A stretch of 64,000 nucleotides of DNA from the human T2T-CHM13v2.0 reference genome, Homo sapiens, in NCBI RefSeq assembly GCF_009914755.1, contig NC_060930.1; one strand, 5' to 3'. The position numbers and the translations under genes are program-made. The notes under the pieces were generated by a model. The model did no database searches and was not told the origin of the DNA. It saw only the letters and a list, made by a program, of their open reading frames with translations. This document shows positions 1 through 19,921 of the stretch, piece after piece; the first letter of the stretch is position 1, and each line of letters opens with the position of its first letter.

Positions 1-4066
<4,066 letters not shown>

Positions 4067-5138
4067 TGTAAAAGTTGGAGGACCTGGTCCCTGCTAGACA
4101 AGAGGTGCAGGCACTAGAGTGGAGTTAGGGGAAGAGAGTGATGGCCACAAAGCACAGCTATTTCATGAAGCTCCTTTAGTTAAAGAGAAACAAATGACTG
4201 AAAAAAAAGTCTGAGCCCCAAAACCCACTCCTACCACCACCACTAGCAAAATATACATATACATAATGCTGTAAAAGGATTCGGAAAAAGAATGATACTT
4301 GTTTAGTTTCAAATATATATAGTATGCTCTTCTTTATAAATACCTAAGACAGTTTTTTGATGATTGCTCCTAAAAAAGCATAATAAAAACAATAATATGT
4401 GCTATAGAGGAAATAAGCTTCATATACTCAGAAAACCACCTTATTAAACAATCATTCCATGATGTCTCTGATCATTTATTTTAATATGGATCACAGAAAT
4501 GATATATTTTAAATGATATATTTTTCTTTCTGATATATTTTTCTTTTCAGTTACTGCTCATAATCTTACTCTTACTACTACTACTGCTATTACTATGAAG
4601 TTAGGTGTCCCAATAATTCCTTGACTTTTTACTTCCTTCTAGGAGGAAGTAAACCATAGCTTTCTGTGGCACATTCTAAAATATTTTGGCCTTGAATATT
4701 CTCTACCTGACAGTTTCACCCGAAATGTGCTTACTTCCCACTTCTTTCCAACACTACACCTCAACTTCAACCAATACTTCTGATGCTATCTTTCTTTGTC
4801 AGTCATTTCTATCCTTTTCTCCAGCTATCCAAATCCTAACCATTCTTCAAGGCAAAAATCTTGGCATTACCTCCTTATGTAGTCAGCTCTCATTACCTTT
4901 GGCTGTAGGGGAATGGTGTGGAATAGGGCAGCTTCCAAGGGCCTTTCCTTTTATCTATACATTTTGTCCTTGCCATCAGTGGGACAATTTTGTGTCCTTA
5001 CAATATCTTTCCTTTTTTTAAATTCCTGAAGCAAGTCTATGATCACCTGTAATCAAAGACCTTTGAATGACATGTGGTATCATATTTTAATGGTTCCTTT
5101 TTATTGTCTTCAATATTAACATTGGGTACAGTAGGACC

Positions 5139-5512
5139 TTCTCTATCCAATGCTGTAGCCACTGACTACATGGGGATTTGGGAAATTGAAATGTGACTAG
5201 CACAAGATAAAATGTAGTGTAAGTGTAAAATACACATAAGATTTCAAAATCTCAATACAAAAAAAGAATGTAGGGATAAATACTTTTCTATATTGATTAT
5301 ATATTGAAATAACATTTGTATAAAATAAGTTACATAAAATAAAATATTACTAAAATTATTTCCACTTGTTTTGTTTTGTCTTTTAATGTGTCAACTAGAA
5401 AATTAAAATAACATATTAAAATTAAAATTACACATATGAAATTAAAATTACATATATGTAATTAAAATTAAAATTACATATATGTCACATTTTATATTTG
5501 TATTGGGTGGTA
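5139..5512 (+). mobile_element. MER33 (hAT-Charlie MITE) with an internal tandem expansion near the 3' end
   Basis: tccaatgctgtagccac..gtaagtgtaaaatacac..ctagaaaattaaaa..tattgg matches the recalled MER33 consensus; aaattaaaattacatat is repeated at ~5400-5483. Confidence 0.8.
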
Positions 5513-5726
5513 CTTATTTAGAATATTTTTTCATAAATATGGAAATAAAAAAGGATAAATTGTTATTTCCTTGAATCTTAGGAACTTGTAAGAATATTTA
5601 CAGTTATATCCTATATACATAGAATTTCTATCTGTACCTGGATCCTGATATTCTAGAGAATCTATTCTGGGAGCTGTGGTTTATACTATAGGAGATACAT
5701 CCATTCCTAACTATGCTGTTTTTCTT

Positions 5727-5832
5727 ATATACACAATTATATTTAGGTTTCTTAGATATACAATTATATTACAATTTAGGTTTACAATTAAATTATAGCT
5801 ATACAATTAAATTACAATTTAGGTTTCTTAGA
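5727..5832. repeat. Degenerate local tandem repeat (atacaatt..tttaggtttcttag)
   Basis: Motif recurs about 4 times. Confidence 0.7.
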
Positions 5833-6252
5833 TACACAATTTTATTTAGGTTAACGAACACTAGAAAACAGCAGCAAAAGCATCACTGTTCGACCATATG
5901 TGGTCTTTAACAAATTTCTAGTGATTGACAGTTAAAGGCAGATACAGAATTATTTTATTTCACTTGAATTTAATCACTGAAAACATTTATTTATTTAAAT
6001 GCAAGTCATTTTTATTTTCAGGCTTGAGAAAATAATAAGATATTTCTGTTACAAGTTGTAATTTCAAATAACATAGTTTTTTTTTTAAGTTTCAACGTAA
6101 GTAACAATAAAAGCTAATAAATTCCTGTCAGAGGATTCAGTTTAGAATAAACTATACTGAACACTTCAAAAATAAAAATATTTTATGAATTTCATCTTAA
6201 AATTGATACTATGTATCAAAGAGAACTTGTCATTAATACAAACCGTACTTAC

Positions 6253-6276
6253 TTGATACTCTTGCAGGTTTTTCTG
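6253..6276 (-). CDS. TRDN: Triadin microexon (~exon 38), 24 nt, AEKPARVS
   Basis: Sense: ttttctctttttag|CAGAAAAACCTGCAAGAGTATCAA|gtaagt. No further exon found in 1-6252, so the next exon lies beyond the window. Confidence 0.94.
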
Positions 6277-6464
6277 CTAAAAAGAGAAAATAAATAAGTT
6301 TTGTTTAACTGAGATAAAATGCAAGGAAATTATAAATCAGTGGACTTTATAAAAATATCTAATTATTTTGTTTCTTGCTTATTATTTAAGAATCAATGAA
6401 GAAATACAGTCATCTGTTGCCTGTCAACATAAGTCTTTGTTTTGTTATAATTTTTAATTTTTTA

Positions 6465-6627
6465 AAATTTTTATTTAGAGATGGGGTCTCAGTTGCCCAA
6501 GATGACATGAAGTGGTACAATCACAGCCACAGCTCACTGCAGCCTCAAATTCCTGTGCTCAAGCAATCCTCCCTCCTCTGCCTCCCGAGTAGCTGGTATT
6601 ACAGGTGTGAGTTACTATGCCTGGCTG
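6465..6627 (-). mobile_element. AluJ/FRAM monomer fragment
   Basis: gctcactgcagcctcaaattcctgtgctcaagcaatcctcc..gagtagctgg. Confidence 0.85.
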
Positions 6628-8921
6628 ATTCTTTGAATATCTTGGTTAATCTATTTTATCTAAGAAAATATGTCAGCTATCAAAAAAGCTATTCATCAAA
6701 GTGTCACAAAATATTTATGCTTTTAAAATACTCTTACTAAAATCAAGATCTTTGTTAAATTAAGAGTTTTGGCTCAACTATTATTATACTTAGCTTGAAT
6801 AAAATTACTTTGCATTATGTAACAGCTAAATATTTTCTTTAAAATTCCAAGACTTTATAAAATATATCATTTAGAATTATTTTTCTTTCAAAGATAGATA
6901 AAATAAATAATTACCAGACTATAAAATACATCTTAAAAAACAACATGCAAAGTAAGTTTACTTTTTCATAATAATTTATTTATTCTAATGAGAGGTTATT
7001 ATTCTTCAAAGAAATGTGCTTTCTTATTAAGCTGTATTTAGGACAAAATAACTAAGGTGAAATTATTGTCCCAAACACTAGAGCAGACATTCTAATTTCT
7101 TGAAAAAGACTAGTAACAGTTCCATTCTAACATTAGTCTCATTTAAAGAGCCAGACTAGAAAATATGATTTTTAAGCTACCTGTATTACATGGTTTATTT
7201 TGAGATTTGTAGAGTTTCTAACATAAACCTAAAGATTAAAATTTTATAAAAATTAGGTTATTCCTATTAAAAAACATTTTCAGCTTGGATACATGTTTTC
7301 AGTATTGTTAGAGTACTATGCTTCATGCATAAAATTATGAAATAAATAATTTGGAAAACTCTTTCACTAAGACTAACATGTTATTATTTTTTTCTTTAAA
7401 AATACTAGCATTGGTTAGGAAGACAGAAATTTAGGGGAAAAATAGACTTTCACTGATATAAATGAAGGAATGAATAAGAATATGCCTGCTCTCAATTATC
7501 TCTGAGTTGGACTTGTGCTTTCGTACATAATCATTTTTCTCCACTGTTTTCCCAAGATGAAGACTTTAAAACGATAGATTCACAGAACAGAGTGAGAAGT
7601 CTGAATCAGAAGTCTGAATCTCTTGTACAGCTGAGTTACAGAGGTTTCCTCAAATCATCTCTCTAGTAGATCACTCCCTTGGGGGCAAATTGGGATATAC
7701 TCTATCCTTGGGCTGCTGTGATTGGCAGAAAACTTTCTCTTGTATTTGCAGCAGCGTAATAGAATACTGAAGTACGAATAGATGGCCTTAACCATTATAG
7801 TGTTTGAAAACATACAAACTTGGAGCCAAATCTTGTCTGTACCATATAAATACTCTTGAGATGTTAGATTTTCTCTTATTGCACTTATTTCATCTTTAAA
7901 CTGGGCATGATAATTGGGCCTTACTAAGAATCAAGTAAACAATAGGAAAAGGTATAACCATACATTTTCTAATTAATTTATTTTTTTCTCATCCTTCTGG
8001 CTGATTATCTCAAAGGATATTAAACAATATTTAAAAGAATGTTTCAATATAAAAATTGTGCCCCTATATTATTCTACAAATGTAATTGCCCTTCAATTGA
8101 AAGTTTTACCTCTTAATATTAGTGATAATTATGAATACATTAATAATTTTACGTGTGAAAGGTATGTCTAGATATGTCTAGTCATTTCAGGGATACACAT
8201 TTCAGTGAGCAGTAAAAGGGAGTCAGTGAAAAACAAAGCTTTTTCTCTCCCTACTAGAGATTTATGTATTTGCTATGAATGAAAATAGTTGTCTTAGTTA
8301 TGATATGTTTACCTAGCACCTTCGAATTTAAAGCACTTTTTTAAAGTAATTGAATTTCCCTAAAATTATGTTGCCAAGGCTACATAATTTAGTATAAACG
8401 TTATTTACAGTTTTATGATAATATCAGCAAAATAGATCATTCTCTTTTTAAGAAAAAAATGTCTGCATTGTGCATGCTGGCATTTGCCTATTTTGTGTCT
8501 AGGTTGAATTAATTTAAAGGTCTAATTTATAAGCAATAAAAAATATATTCATGATCTTAACTATATGTTATTTAGTGATAGATAAAAATAAATCCCAGTA
8601 ATATTTATTTTTACTACCATATTACTTTTGACATTATTCATGCTAAAAAAGTCTTTGTAATTGATAATTTTTCTTCTGATGTGTAACAGAATATTTGTTC
8701 ATGTTAATGTTGCTAATAGTTCTGATTTCTTCATGTTTTCTTATTTTCTATTGAAATATAAGCTTTCTGCTAGATTTTCTACCTGTCCACTTCCTCTGCT
8801 ATTAAGAGAAGTTTGCATCTTCTAGATTTCTTTGTTCCAAAATAATTTAATATTAATATTAAGCAACAACATAATTCATATGTTTTCATACAAACATAGT
8901 AGTTACGTAATTCAAGATTAC

Positions 8922-8966
8922 CTTTTGTCACATTGTGTAATTGAAGACTTTCTTTTCTTGTTGAGA
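8922..8966 (-). CDS. TRDN: Triadin microexon (~exon 37), 45 nt, VSTRKESLQLHNVTK (contains an N-V-T sequon)
   Basis: Sense: ttccttattaacag|TCTCAACAAGAAAAGAAAGTCTTCAATTACACAATGTGACAAAAG|gtaatc. Confidence 0.95.
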
Positions 8967-9707
8967 CTGTTAATAAGGAAAATGTAAATTAAAATATAAA
9001 TTTTTAAAGTAAATTTCCATCAAAATTTTGTCTCACATCAACGAATGAGGATAATTTAAGTGTTATAAATATTTTCTCAAGTTGGTTTTCAAAAATTTTT
9101 CTATCCAACTGGTACCTAACAAAAATAAATGTTAGCACTAGACATTGTTTTATAAACAGAGGTATAACATGAATGTAGGAACAAAATTAACTAGAATGTA
9201 TGAAAAATGGGTCATTCTGATTAACTGGATTTGGAGATAAACAAAAAAGAGTTATTTTGTTATTGACAATAATTCTGATATGTCTAAGAATGCTTTCCTC
9301 CTGCTCCAATAAACTATTTGATAATTAAGACCTTTGTAAGCTTTATGATAATTATACTCAAATCAGTAATTGTCATCTTATATGGTGTAGTTTGCCAAAT
9401 AAATAAACCCAATGTTAAGAAAAACGGCAGCATTTTGATTCAGTTTATACTTTGCTCATCAATGGCAGAACAAACTGATGCTTATTTGCATGGGTTGGCT
9501 TACCATCCATTGCTTCTTTGACACTGCCGTTACTACACAATCATTTTTATTGTGTTTTTTACTTACCATATTTCTTCTTTTACTCAGGCTAACACTCATC
9601 ACATACATTTAGAAAAGTTTTTTTTCATATGATATAAATACATTTTGACTTAAAATATTTTAGCTTCAGGGCTTTGCATTCTATTTTTTATTCTTTTAAA
9701 AAATTAC

Positions 9708-9743
9708 CTTTTTCTTCTCTAAGATGCTTCATGTCTGCTTTTT
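9708..9743 (-). CDS. TRDN: Triadin microexon (~exon 36), 36 nt, EKADMKHLREEK
   Basis: Sense: ctgtttcttctatacag|AAAAAGCAGACATGAAGCATCTTAGAGAAGAAAAAG|gtaatt. Confidence 0.94.
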
Positions 9744-9775
9744 CTGTATAGAAGAAACAGTAACAGGGTAATTTA

Positions 9776-13105
<3,330 letters not shown>

Positions 13106-13464
13106 GTATCAGAGTAATATATTTATTAACAAGTCTTCTTAAGGTGAGGAATTGAATTTTATGTAGGCAATATTCACAGTTCAGTAGTAATATGAAAAGA
13201 AGTCTGTAGTTTTAATTTAGTAGTAACAGGTAGAGTCTGCTTTCAGTTCTAAATTCCTGATCCTTTTAGATATTTAATAAAAATGCAATAACTATATGTT
13301 TTGCATGATGAACTGTAATGTACTATAATTATGATATGTGCTATAAAATCAGTGTCTTCATTTTCATCAACTGTTTTTAAATCATATAATTTGTATAAAT
13401 TTGTTTTTTGTTCCTCTGTTTTTGTGGCTAATTTGATGTATATGTCTTAAAATGTCATTTTTAC

Positions 13465-13503
13465 CTTTACTTTCTTTTTCAGATATTTCAGTTTTCTTCT
13501 TTC
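13465..13503 (-). CDS. TRDN: Triadin microexon (~exon 35), 39 nt, GKKKTEISEKESK
   Basis: Sense: tttctttcccctag|GAAAGAAGAAAACTGAAATATCTGAAAAAGAAAGTAAAG|gtaaaa. Confidence 0.95.
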
Positions 13504-13686
13504 CTAGGGGAAAGAAAAACAACAAGAAACCATCATTTTAAAAAACATGACTTTCTTACTCATTCTTGGAGTAAACAGTTGGAGATGAGACTTAATCTTA
13601 TGAGTGGAGGGAGTCAGGGCTCTCTCATTTCATTTTTGTTATGCTTGGTCATTCTGTTTATGTAGTCACCTATAGGGTCAAAATTT

Positions 13687-13830
13687 CTCCTCCTCCTCCT
13701 CTTTGGCCTCCTCTTCCTCCTCTAAGTCTTTTACTCCTCTTCCTTCTTCTTTTCCTCCTCCTACTTCTTTTTTTCCTCCTCCTCTTCCTCCTCCTACTTC
13801 TTTTTTTCCTCCTCCTATTTATCTTCTTTT
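13687..13830. repeat. CT-rich low-complexity tract (GAG/GAA-rich on the TRDN sense strand)
   Basis: (ctc/ctt)n with a repeated unit ttcctcctcctacttcttttttt; contiguous with an Alu-monomer tail. Confidence 0.9.
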
Positions 13831-13940
13831 TTTGAGATAGGGTCTTTCTATATGCCCTCAAATTCCTGGTCTCAAGGGATCCTCCCTCCTCACCCTCCTG
13901 AGTAGCCTGGTTTACTTACAGGCATGACCCTGCTACCCAC
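13826..13940 (-). mobile_element. FLAM/AluJ monomer fragment
   Basis: gagatagggtct..ctcaaattcctggtctcaagggatcctccc. Confidence 0.75.
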
Positions 13941-14452
13941 TTCCTCCCCTTTTCTTTTATGCTTTGAAGACAAGCTAGGATAAGCCATGCCTTTGTTAAC
14001 AAGTTTAAACTAGAAACAATAGGAAAAAAAACTACATGTTACATTTTTACCTTTAGGAAATAAGAATTTGCCTGGCATGATGGATTCATAAGTAAACTAA
14101 TGAATTAAAGCAATAAAAATGTAACATAATATTTCTAAGCAAAATGTGGATCCAGTTTTCAAAGCAGTCTTGGTAAATAATAATTTTCTTGCTACACTTT
14201 TTAGACAAAAGTGAGAAGAAAAACAATATTTAATGGGTGACTTATAAGTTTGTATGCGGTAAGAATGGACACATTGCATCATTTACTCCTTATAACAAGC
14301 CTTTTGGGAAGTCATTATGCCTGTTCTGTAGAACAGAATATCTGGAATTTGAGCAGCTAAGGGATTTTCTAAATGTTATACATCTAGAAACTTAAATTTA
14401 CATACTGTTTCCACAACTGTATCTTATCTCCTCTGAAAAAGTAAATATTTAC

Positions 14453-14479
14453 CTGATTCTGTGACTTCTGATGTTCCTT
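14453..14479 (-). CDS. TRDN: Triadin microexon (~exon 34), 27 nt, KGTSEVTES
   Basis: Sense: long pyrimidine tract ...ttttctaaag|AAGGAACATCAGAAGTCACAGAATCAG|gtaaat. Confidence 0.94.
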
Positions 14480-14744
14480 CTTTAGAAAAAAAAAAAAAAA
14501 GAATGTAGAAAGAAAGGAAAAAAAATAAAAAGAAAAAGTATAGTTTTTTATTCAGTAGCAAACAATTGAAACTTATCTTCTGATATTTCTTCCTAAATTA
14601 CAATAGGCACACATACTCAAAATGGCAAAGAAATGTACTGATGATTAATATTTCTGATAGCTGTAACTAGACATCTATTTTGAAAATAGAACAAATATTC
14701 AATTAATCTAAAATGGTATATTTAAATATTATAGAATAGGTTAG

Positions 14745-14995
14745 ATAGAATAAACAAGATCTAGTACTTGATAGAACAACAGGCTGATTACAGTTATCAT
14801 TAATTTAGTGTGTGCATTTTAAAATAACTAAAATATTAGAATTTTTATAACACAAAAAATATGATAAATGCTGATGTGATGGATACCCCATTTACTTGCC
14901 TATATCAAAATATCTCATGTACCCATAAATATATACAACTACTAAGTACCTACCAAGTTAAAAATAAAATAAAATGAAATGTAAAAAATTAAAAA
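14745..14995 (+). mobile_element. L1MA-type 3' end fragment
   Basis: ggataccccattt..atcaaaatatctcatgtacccataaatatatac followed by an A-rich tail. Confidence 0.8.
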
Positions 14996-16407
14996 ACATA
15001 CGATATAATTAATGAATTCTAAATTCAAAATTGGTTTTCTTAGTTACAAATTATAAATCTGTTACATTTTTAATCTTCATTGATGCATGCAAACATTCAT
15101 TCATATAATATTTATTAAAGTAGCTTCATTTATAAGATGCTGTCAGAAATGCAATTGAGTGTGGTCATGGGATGAGATTAAAAGTTAATAAAAACAAACT
15201 CAGTTCATATTGACTACAGTCTGATAAGTGATAGAAGACATAAAATTATATTTGCCTTTTGCCTATGCTCATACAGAACCATGCTTTCTTCTTGTTCCTT
15301 CAGTAAACTTACAGATTAATATTTCTAAGTATAACCTGGAAAGTTTTTTTTAAAAAAAACTTTGTGTCACAAATAATTTCAAATAATAACATTTCCAGAA
15401 AATAAAAATTCTCTGGTAGTTTAAGAAATATCTCTCATAAAATATCAATGTTTTCTACAAACGTGGTATCAGTTTTATCAGTCTTACATAACTATTTTGA
15501 GTAGCTATTTTCAAAATTCAAAAAAAAATTAAAATATTTTATGACAATGAAGGTATACAATAAATAATGTTTCATAAAAATATAGTACTTTAAAATGGCT
15601 TTATAATGATGTTTCATATTAGCATTCTAGTTTTGACTTCCAACCCTTAATTTTGGCAATAGTGTTCATATTAGTAGCAGTATTACAAACTATACTAGAG
15701 AATATCTCCAGCCTAAAGGCTGTACTTAATGTTTAAAATTGGCATTGAATCCATTATGAAGTAGCCTGTAGCTGCATTATTAACGAATCTGTCATGTGCT
15801 GTTAAGAAAACAGGTTAGTTCTGGGTATTAAAACATATAAATACAACATCCAGATACACTTTGGATTGAAATGCTCAATTTTTAATCCAGGTTACAGTCT
15901 GAGTATTCTAACAGGATTAAATAAACAGCTTCACTGTTTATTGTTGCATATTTACTATTGTTTAAGATGTCCAGGAAAGCCCCGTGATTTTGAATTACAA
16001 AATAAAATGTACCTCAGGGCTTTAAAAAAATTAGAAAATAAAAAGCTAATGTGTTAAAATTAAATAAATTGAGGACATATATTATGTGCTCTTAATTTTT
16101 CTCAACCCACACAATAACTGTTAGAAGATCTCCATACTGTGTTTATTCAATACATCTAAACAAACAATTGAAAGTAGATAAGAGAGAGACACAATTACTG
16201 TGTCTTTTGTTTTTGTTTTGTTTTGGTTTTCTTTTGTTGTTGTTTGTTTGTTTATTTGCACAGGTATTAGTTATCATGGTAAATGTGTTAGCAAACCAGG
16301 TATATCAACAGAAAACATGATAGGCATTCCCTCATACATCCTGGTCCAGTGTCATAGACCTAAGAGGTGCTCAATAAATACATGTTCAAGGATTAATAAA
16401 TGTAATA

Positions 16408-18858
16408 CAGGCATACTCATTTTATTGTGCTTCGCTTAATTGCAATTCTCAGGTATCACATTTTTTACAAGTTGACAGTTTGTAGCAACCCTGTATGATT
16501 AAGCCTATTGGTGTAATTTTTCCAATGGCGTTTGCTTCCTTCACATTTCTGTGTCTCATTTTGGTGATTCTCACAATATTTCAAATTTTTCATTATTATT
16601 ACATCTGTTATGGTGGTCTGTGATCAGTGATCTTTGATATTACTACTGTAATTATTTTGGTGTTCCACACACCACACCCATATAAGGTGGTAAAACTTAA
16701 TGAATGTGTGTATTGAGACTCTCATTCACCAAGCCCTCTCCCTTTCCTCTAGTCCTATTTCCTGAGACTCGATGGTTTTGAAATTAGACCAGTTAGTAAC
16801 CTAAAATGGCCTCTTAGTATTCACAAGAAAGAAAGACTTGCACATGGCTCACTTTAAACCAAAAACTAGAAATGATTAAGTTTAGTGAGAAAGGCATGTT
16901 GAAAGCTGGGATAGGCTGAAAGTTAGGCCTCACGTACCAAAGAGTTAGCCAAGTTGTAAATGCAAAGGAAAAGTTCTTGAAGGAAATTAAAAGTGTTACT
17001 CCAGTGACCACATAAATGCTAAGAAAGGGAAACAGCCTTATTGCTGAGACAAAGAAAGATTTAGTGGACTGAATAGAAGATCAAAGCAGCTACAACGTTC
17101 CCTAAGCCAAAACCTAATCTACAGCAAGGCCCTAACTCCCTTCAATTCTATGAAGGCTGAGAGAAGTGAGGAAACTGCAGAAGAAAAGTTGGAAGCTACC
17201 AGAGGTTGGTTCATGAAATTTAAGGAATGAAGCCACCTGCGTAACGTAAAAGTATAAGATGAAGCATCAAATGCCGATACAGAAGCTGCAGAAAGTTATC
17301 CAGATCTAGCTAAGATAATTGACCAAGGTGACTACAATAAACAATAAGCTTTCAATGTAGACAAAATAGCCTTCTAGGGAGGATCACTTGAGCCCAGGAG
17401 TTTGAGGCTGTAGTGAGCTATGATCCCCAAGCTGTACTCCAGCCTGGTGACAGAGTGAGACCCTGTCTTTAAAAGAACAACAACAACTTAACAAATAGCC
17501 TTCTATTAAAAGAAGACGTCATCTAGAACTTTCATAGCTAGAGAGAAAAGTCAATATCTGGCTTCAAAGCTTCAAAAGACAGGCTGAGTCTCTTGTTGGA
17601 GGCTAGTGAAGCTGGTGACTTGAAGTTGAAGCCAATGCTTATTGACCATTCTGAAAATTTTAGGTCCCTTAAGAATTATGCCAAATCTACTCTGCCTGTG
17701 TTCTATAACTGGAATAACAAAATCTAGATGACAGCACATCTGTCTGCAGCATGATTTACTGACTGTTTTAAGCCCACTGTTGAGACCTACTGCTAAGAAA
17801 AAAGACTCCTTTCAAATATTATGGCTCATTGACAATGCACCTGGTCACTCAAGAGCTCTAATGGAGCTGTACGAGGAGATTAATATTGCTTTCATGCCTG
17901 TGAACACAACATACATTCTGCAGCCCGTGGGACTAAAGAGTAATTTTGACATTCAAGTCTTATTACTTAATAAGTACATTTCATAAGGCTGTAGGTGTCA
18001 TATATAGTGACTCATCTGATAGATCCGTGCAAAGTAAATTGAAAGTCTTCTGGAATGGAATCACCTCTCTAGATGCTATTAAGAACATTTTTGACTCATG
18101 AGAGGGAGTCCAAATGTCAGTATCAACAGGAGTTTGAAAGAAATTGATTTTGACTCTTACGGATGACTTCGAGAGGTTTAAGGATTCAGTAGAAGAAGTA
18201 ACTGCAGATGTGGTGGAAGCAACAAAAGAATTAGAAGTGGTGGCTGAATTGCTTCAATGTCATGATCAAACTTGAACAGACGAGGAGTTATTTCTCATGG
18301 ATGAGAAAAGAAAGTGGATACTTGAGATGGAATCTACTTCTGGTGAAGATGTTGTGAACATCGTCAAAATCACAACAAAGGATTTAGAACATTCCATAAA
18401 CTTAGTTGATAAAGCAGAAGCCAAGTTTGAGATGACTGACTCCAATTTTGAAAGAAGTTCTACTGCGAGTAAAATGCTGTCAAATAGCCATACGAACTAC
18501 AGAGAAATCTTTTGTCAGTCAATCAATGTACCAAACTTTATTGTTGTCTTATTTTCAGAATCACCACAAATTTCTAACCTTCAGAAACCACCACCTTCAT
18601 CAGTTAGCACCCATCAACATCGAGACAATACTTTTACCAGCAAAAGTATTACAACTTGCTGGTTTCAGATGATCACTAACATTTTTAGCAGCAAAATACT
18701 TTTAAATTAAGCTATGTACATTTTTTAGACATAATCCTCTTGCACACTTAATAGACTATAGTGCAAACATAATCTTTATGTGCACTGGGAAAACAAAAAA
18801 TGGTGTGATTTATTGTGGTGGTCTGAATGAAACCTGCAATACCCCCGAGGTATGCCAG
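16408..18858 (+). mobile_element. Tigger1 (TcMar) DNA transposon, near full length, transposase decayed
   Basis: TA|CAGGCATAC left TIR and gaggtatgccag right TIR; transposase remnants LIDNAPGH and [18 protein letters not shown]. Confidence 0.93.
17377..17492 (+). mobile_element. 5'-truncated AluJ right arm nested in Tigger1
   Basis: ggaggatcacttgagcccaggagtttgaggctg; exact 13-bp TSD aaatagccttcta (17364-17376 / 17493-17505). Confidence 0.9.
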
Positions 18859-19158
18859 GACAATGACATCTAATTTTCCTTGAATTGCATTTTTTGAATC
18901 ACTAAACATCTCTTCATGTGCTTATTGGTCTAGGGCTTCTTGCTCTACCCATTTTCTTTTAGTTGTGCTTTTTGTCTCCAAGGTATGCCTGTGCACACAA
19001 TATCCTTTGTCAACCAGACTCACTTATATGGTAATAGTATAATGGCTATTACATTAACAAACAGACCATACTATTTAACTTCAGTTATAACTCAAAGAAA
19101 TTGTGAAATTAAAACAATGAAATAGGACAATTTTAAAATTCTAAAATGGTACACTTAC

Positions 19159-19179
19159 TTGGAGTTGGTTTTGGTTTGT
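19159..19179 (-). CDS. TRDN: Triadin microexon (~exon 33), 21 nt, DKPKPTP
   Basis: Sense: ttcctttttag|ACAAACCAAAACCAACTCCAA|gtaagt. Confidence 0.94.
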
Positions 19180-19536
19180 CTAAAAAGGAAAAAAGAAAAA
19201 AAAAGAAAATGAGTGATAATTTTCTATCTATGGGTGACATATCAGCCCTTTATATTTCCTATTTTTGCTTTTTATTGTAAAAATAAGACTAAACTTATAT
19301 CAACAATGAACAGTAGGAAATGTGTTTTTAATAATTTTCATATCATACTCCCAATGAGTTTCTCATGGAGCAGTAAAGCCTGAAAGTATGGAATCTTTTT
19401 TGGTCTCTTTTTTATTCCTGTAAACCTCATATTTGATTTGATACAATATTAATCAATGCTCACAAAAATCTGAACTTCTTACTGTTTCTGAAATAGCATA
19501 AAATATATATTCTGCCACAGTCCTTTTGGAATACAT

Positions 19537-19621
19537 ATTAATATTAATTTATACTAATAATATTAATTATTAATATTAATTTATACTAATAATATTAATT
19601 ATTAATATTAATTTATACTAA
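19537..19621. repeat. 32-bp AT-rich tandem repeat x~2.6
   Basis: Unit tattaatattaatttatactaataatattaat. Confidence 0.9.
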
Positions 19622-19921
19622 CTCTCCCAATCCCGTATGTTGAACAATAAGGTTCCTTTATAAAATCTCAAGAATGAATGGGTGGTAGGTAAAAAAAATC
19701 GTAAAGACATTCTATTTTTTTCCAATATAACATGTCTTCTAAAATATATTAACTAAAAACGTTAACTGTGTCATCGTACATCTAAAGTTCTATTTCTTCA
19801 TAAAAAGTAGAAAAGATTTAGCTATGATTGCAGGATTGAATCATCTAAAATTAAGTAAAATAACTAATAGCTAACAGAGGGAATACAAATTGATACTTTT
19901 TTTGTAGATACATTTTGTGTT

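Noticed and set aside
8783-8798. Possible 16-nt (or 13-nt) exon ttctcttaatag|CAGAGGAAGTGGACAG|gtagaa
   Set aside because: Weak donor, not a multiple of 3, and not needed for the recalled triadin sequence.
13641-13861. Protamine-like R/K-rich ORF and Leu/Phe-rich membrane-like ORF
   Set aside because: Both are translations of a CT-rich low-complexity tract.
16013-16019. 7-nt candidate exon ttttttaaag|CCCTGAG|gtacat
   Set aside because: Frameshifting and expected by chance in AT-rich intron.
16806-18710. Tigger1 transposase as a domesticated TIGD-like gene
   Set aside because: The reading frame is broken by many stops, frameshifts and an Alu insertion.
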